A DNA stretch of 64,000 nt from Ascidiella aspersa (Eukaryota), in contig OZ004612.1 in NCBI GenBank assembly GCA_963924565.1, forward strand, positions 11,780,001-11,844,000. Direction: 5' to 3'. The position numbers and the translations under genes are program-made. The notes below the pieces were generated by a model. The model did no database searches. It saw only the letters and a program-made list of their open reading frames with translations, and had not been told where the DNA came from. Of this stretch, positions 61,316 through 64,000 are shown piece after piece (positions within the stretch are counted from its first letter, which is position 1; each line of letters begins with the position of its first letter).

Positions 61316-61760
61316 CAGGGTGGTCCAAACTCAGTTGCCATTTCAGCCAAAATGATCTGGTTAATTAAACCTTTTTTCGCGAAATGATAACGTCTTTGTA
61401 ATTTAGCGATTGGGGCTTATGCAACATCTCATTTACACGTACATTCTACGCTTATAAAATGCAGTCTTCTAATTAAAATTTTTGTCAAATACGCAAATTT
61501 CTCGCGCTTCGCGCACACCAGTTTTCACAGTCTCATAACATTCGATTTGATTTGCGCACAAGTCCGACGACAGAAGCAAGTTTCTGGAGCGCATCTGTCT
61601 TTCGATATTACTTTGTGACGTTATCTTTAAACATTTCATGCCTCGACCAATGAAAAACGTTGATCCGCTCCTGGTACGTATTTAGTCTACTTTATGTGGC
61701 CCGCAAAGAATACGCAAGAAATATTGTGGCCCGCGATGCAGTCAACCGTGGACCACCCTG
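61316..61760. mobile_element. hAT MITE
   Basis: TIR CAGGGTGGTCCA / TGGACCACCCTG, perfect TSD AGTTAGAA. Confidence 0.9.
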
Positions 61761-64000
61761 AGTTAGAAGGTTGTTACATTAGAAAGAATCGTGACTGCAC
61801 TAGTGTATTACAAGAAATATGGGTCAACTGACTCTTGAAATTTTATAGGGCCGCGAAATATCAAAATAATTGCAACGGGTCCGCCAGGCAAAATTTTTAG
61901 AAAAGTTTGGGAACCGCTGGGTTAGAGAATGTGTTAGCGTTGAAGTTATTAGGAGAGTTAGTGATGTACTTAGGGTAGGGGTTTAGGGTTAGGTAAAATG
62001 TTTTATATGCCCTATTCTGGTCATTTAGATCTTATTCCGACGGGTTTATGACTTATTCTGATTTAGACGGTTTTACGACTATTATGTATTAGTCCATTTT
62101 GGTCTTTTTCCGAACTGTGTGTTATTTCGACGTTGATATTGTTTTGTTTCGTTCTTATGATTGTAGTCCCAAAACAAAAAACTAAAGAATAACTAACAAT
62201 CACTATTATTTGATGTAGTAAGCCAGTAGTGGAGGGATTGCGGCCGCGGGCCACATTATCATGTAAGACCGGAAACTGACTGCGGGCCGCTTAAATTCCC
62301 ATCTTGGGCCATATGTTGCCCGCCCACGCTCTAAAATTTTGTACAAAAGCGAAACTGAAGCACTTGTTACTATTGCAAAATTATAAAAAGACTAAACTCT
62401 TATGGGGTGGATGATTTGGTTCATAAACATGTTTAAGGAAAATATTAAGGTCAGACGATAAAACAATGCATTTTGTCAGACCGGTCATTCGAGAAACACA
62501 ACAATGGTTGGTGAATCACGTGAAATTTGTATGGTTAAAACGGAAAGAGTGATGCATTCGGGATTCCCTGGTATATGTGGCGCAGTTAGCTACTCAAGTT
62601 TCCCAAGAGATTGTAGAAAAAAGGCAAATCCAACTATTTCGTAGTGAATCCGCAACGTTTTTAATTGTGTATTACAACAAACTGTAAAATATAACCTGTA
62701 AAACCTTAAAGGCGTCGAAATAGTAAGTCCCACTACGCTTTGTTTTTGCTATTACAAAAAGTAAGGTTTTGCAATCCAATCTTGGCGAGCAACCGTCTAT
62801 AAAATAATGCTATTTAAGTGGGCGCTATTAATCTATGTACGGTAGCCTACTACAACATTGGCAGTAAATCTGGACCTCAAAGCTCGATGATTGTGATCAT
62901 AGGCGCCCGCACGGAGGCGCAAGGGGGGGGGGGCACCTCCCTCCGGTGGAATTTCAAAATGCGATTAGTAGTATTATTTATAAGTGTAATATGTATTACT
63001 TATGAAGGTTAAAAATATTATAAATTATCCATTGCCCCCAGTGGCGTATCCAGGGGGGCGGGAGTTCTTACCCCCCTTTTTGTAAGTGATATTATCGTTT
63101 TTTGTTCGTTTTTGTCTTGATTTAACAAACTGTTCGAAGCGGCGTGGTTTTTAAGTAATTGGTTCACGCGTTTTAATCTAATGCGAAGCCAAATCAAGCG
63201 CAAAACGCCATTTTTCGTCTTTTGTTTGGTCGACCGTAAACGCTGGATAGTTTTTCTCTTTCGTTATTTGTTTAGGTTGACTGATTAGCAAACGTGTATT
63301 CGACATCTGACAACCCTAATCAAACCTTCTTTCCATTTTTCTCGCTGAAGTTATACGCAGTATGTTCCTCGCTGTTGGGTCTCTGCGCTAATAACTGATG
63401 TGTGCGTTCAAAGTCTCCATTTTTAAGTAATAATAGTTAACCCAATATTATGCTCTACTCTGAGACCACGTGCTAAGTGTGCAATGGACACAACTTATTT
63501 CCCTCAACCGCAGCTTGTACGTTAGCTGAATTGGCACACAGCTCGGCGGAGATGTTGCGCTAATCGTGGCATAATAACACCCGGAAAAAACGATATTTGT
63601 TTAGTATTGCAGGTGGTGTAATGCGTACTTGTAATTTAGCAGTGGTTCCGTTCATGGAACTTGAAAACTGCGCTGCTGATAGTGGAATTATGTGTGATTC
63701 TACCACAATTAATCACACATATTTTACGGTCTTGGTTGTGTTTTTTTTTCCTGAAGTTAACGATTGTACACTAAGTGGTTTTGCAGCTGGCGCCTGACAG
63801 AAGTGTCGTCGATGCACGTGCTCGCTTTTTCTGGACGAATATTTGGCTGTTTCTGATTAGTTTTTTTATCACGTCTTGCAATTACCATTCTATGACGTCA
63901 TACTGTCACTGTTTTATGACGTCATTGCTTATTAACGTCGGACGAAAAATAGGGGAATTCCCTAAGTTGAAAATTCAGGACCCCCATTTTTGATTTTCTG

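Noticed and set aside
61965-61995. TTAGGG-like repeats as interstitial telomere
   Set aside because: Only 2 exact units; they sit in a degenerate repeat resembling 29600-29790 in reverse orientation
59975-62336. One large hAT element bounded by CTCTAAAG/CTCTAAAA enclosing the tRNA-like gene
   Set aside because: The termini do not match as TIRs and several independent MITE ends lie between; the 7/8 match may reflect shared target preference
62490-63900. Further upstream exons of the KAP NTPase (HIPGNP at about 62570; open frames at 63600-63880)
   Set aside because: No convincing KAP motif (NPRxxKR) or splice-compatible open frame; upstream exons probably lie beyond the window

Overview
Intron-rich animal genomic DNA, most likely an ascidian/tunicate (inferred from gene style, AT-rich introns full of hAT MITEs, very frequent TGACGTCA and mosaic CpG content). 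I can reconstruct four protein-coding genes. (1) The 3' part of a naked cuticle (Nkd) homolog on + (5 exons, 8907-24709), lying in a CpG-rich, TCF/LEF-site-rich, almost transposon-free block. (2) A complete 16-exon VPS51 on - (48836-28698, about 802 aa). (3) An intronless 1066-aa Toll-like receptor on + (53620-56820) with a TLR7/8/9-type ectodomain and a TIR BB-loop lacking the usual proline. (4) The last two exons of an NKPD1/Kidins220-like KAP-family P-loop NTPase on - (59691-58582). Other features: many Buster-type hAT MITEs with 8-bp TSDs, a decayed long-TIR DNA transposon with a nested LINE, a long foldback, and a tRNA-like Pol III unit with a non-canonical anticodon arm. Most short ORFs in the supplied track are spurious. 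I found no CRISPR array or rRNA, and I cannot claim a demonstrably new system. The best leads are the TLR, the tRNA-like RNA, the degenerate Nkd EFX domain and the CpG switch inside VPS51. All counts are by hand, and comparisons to vertebrate proteins are from memory.
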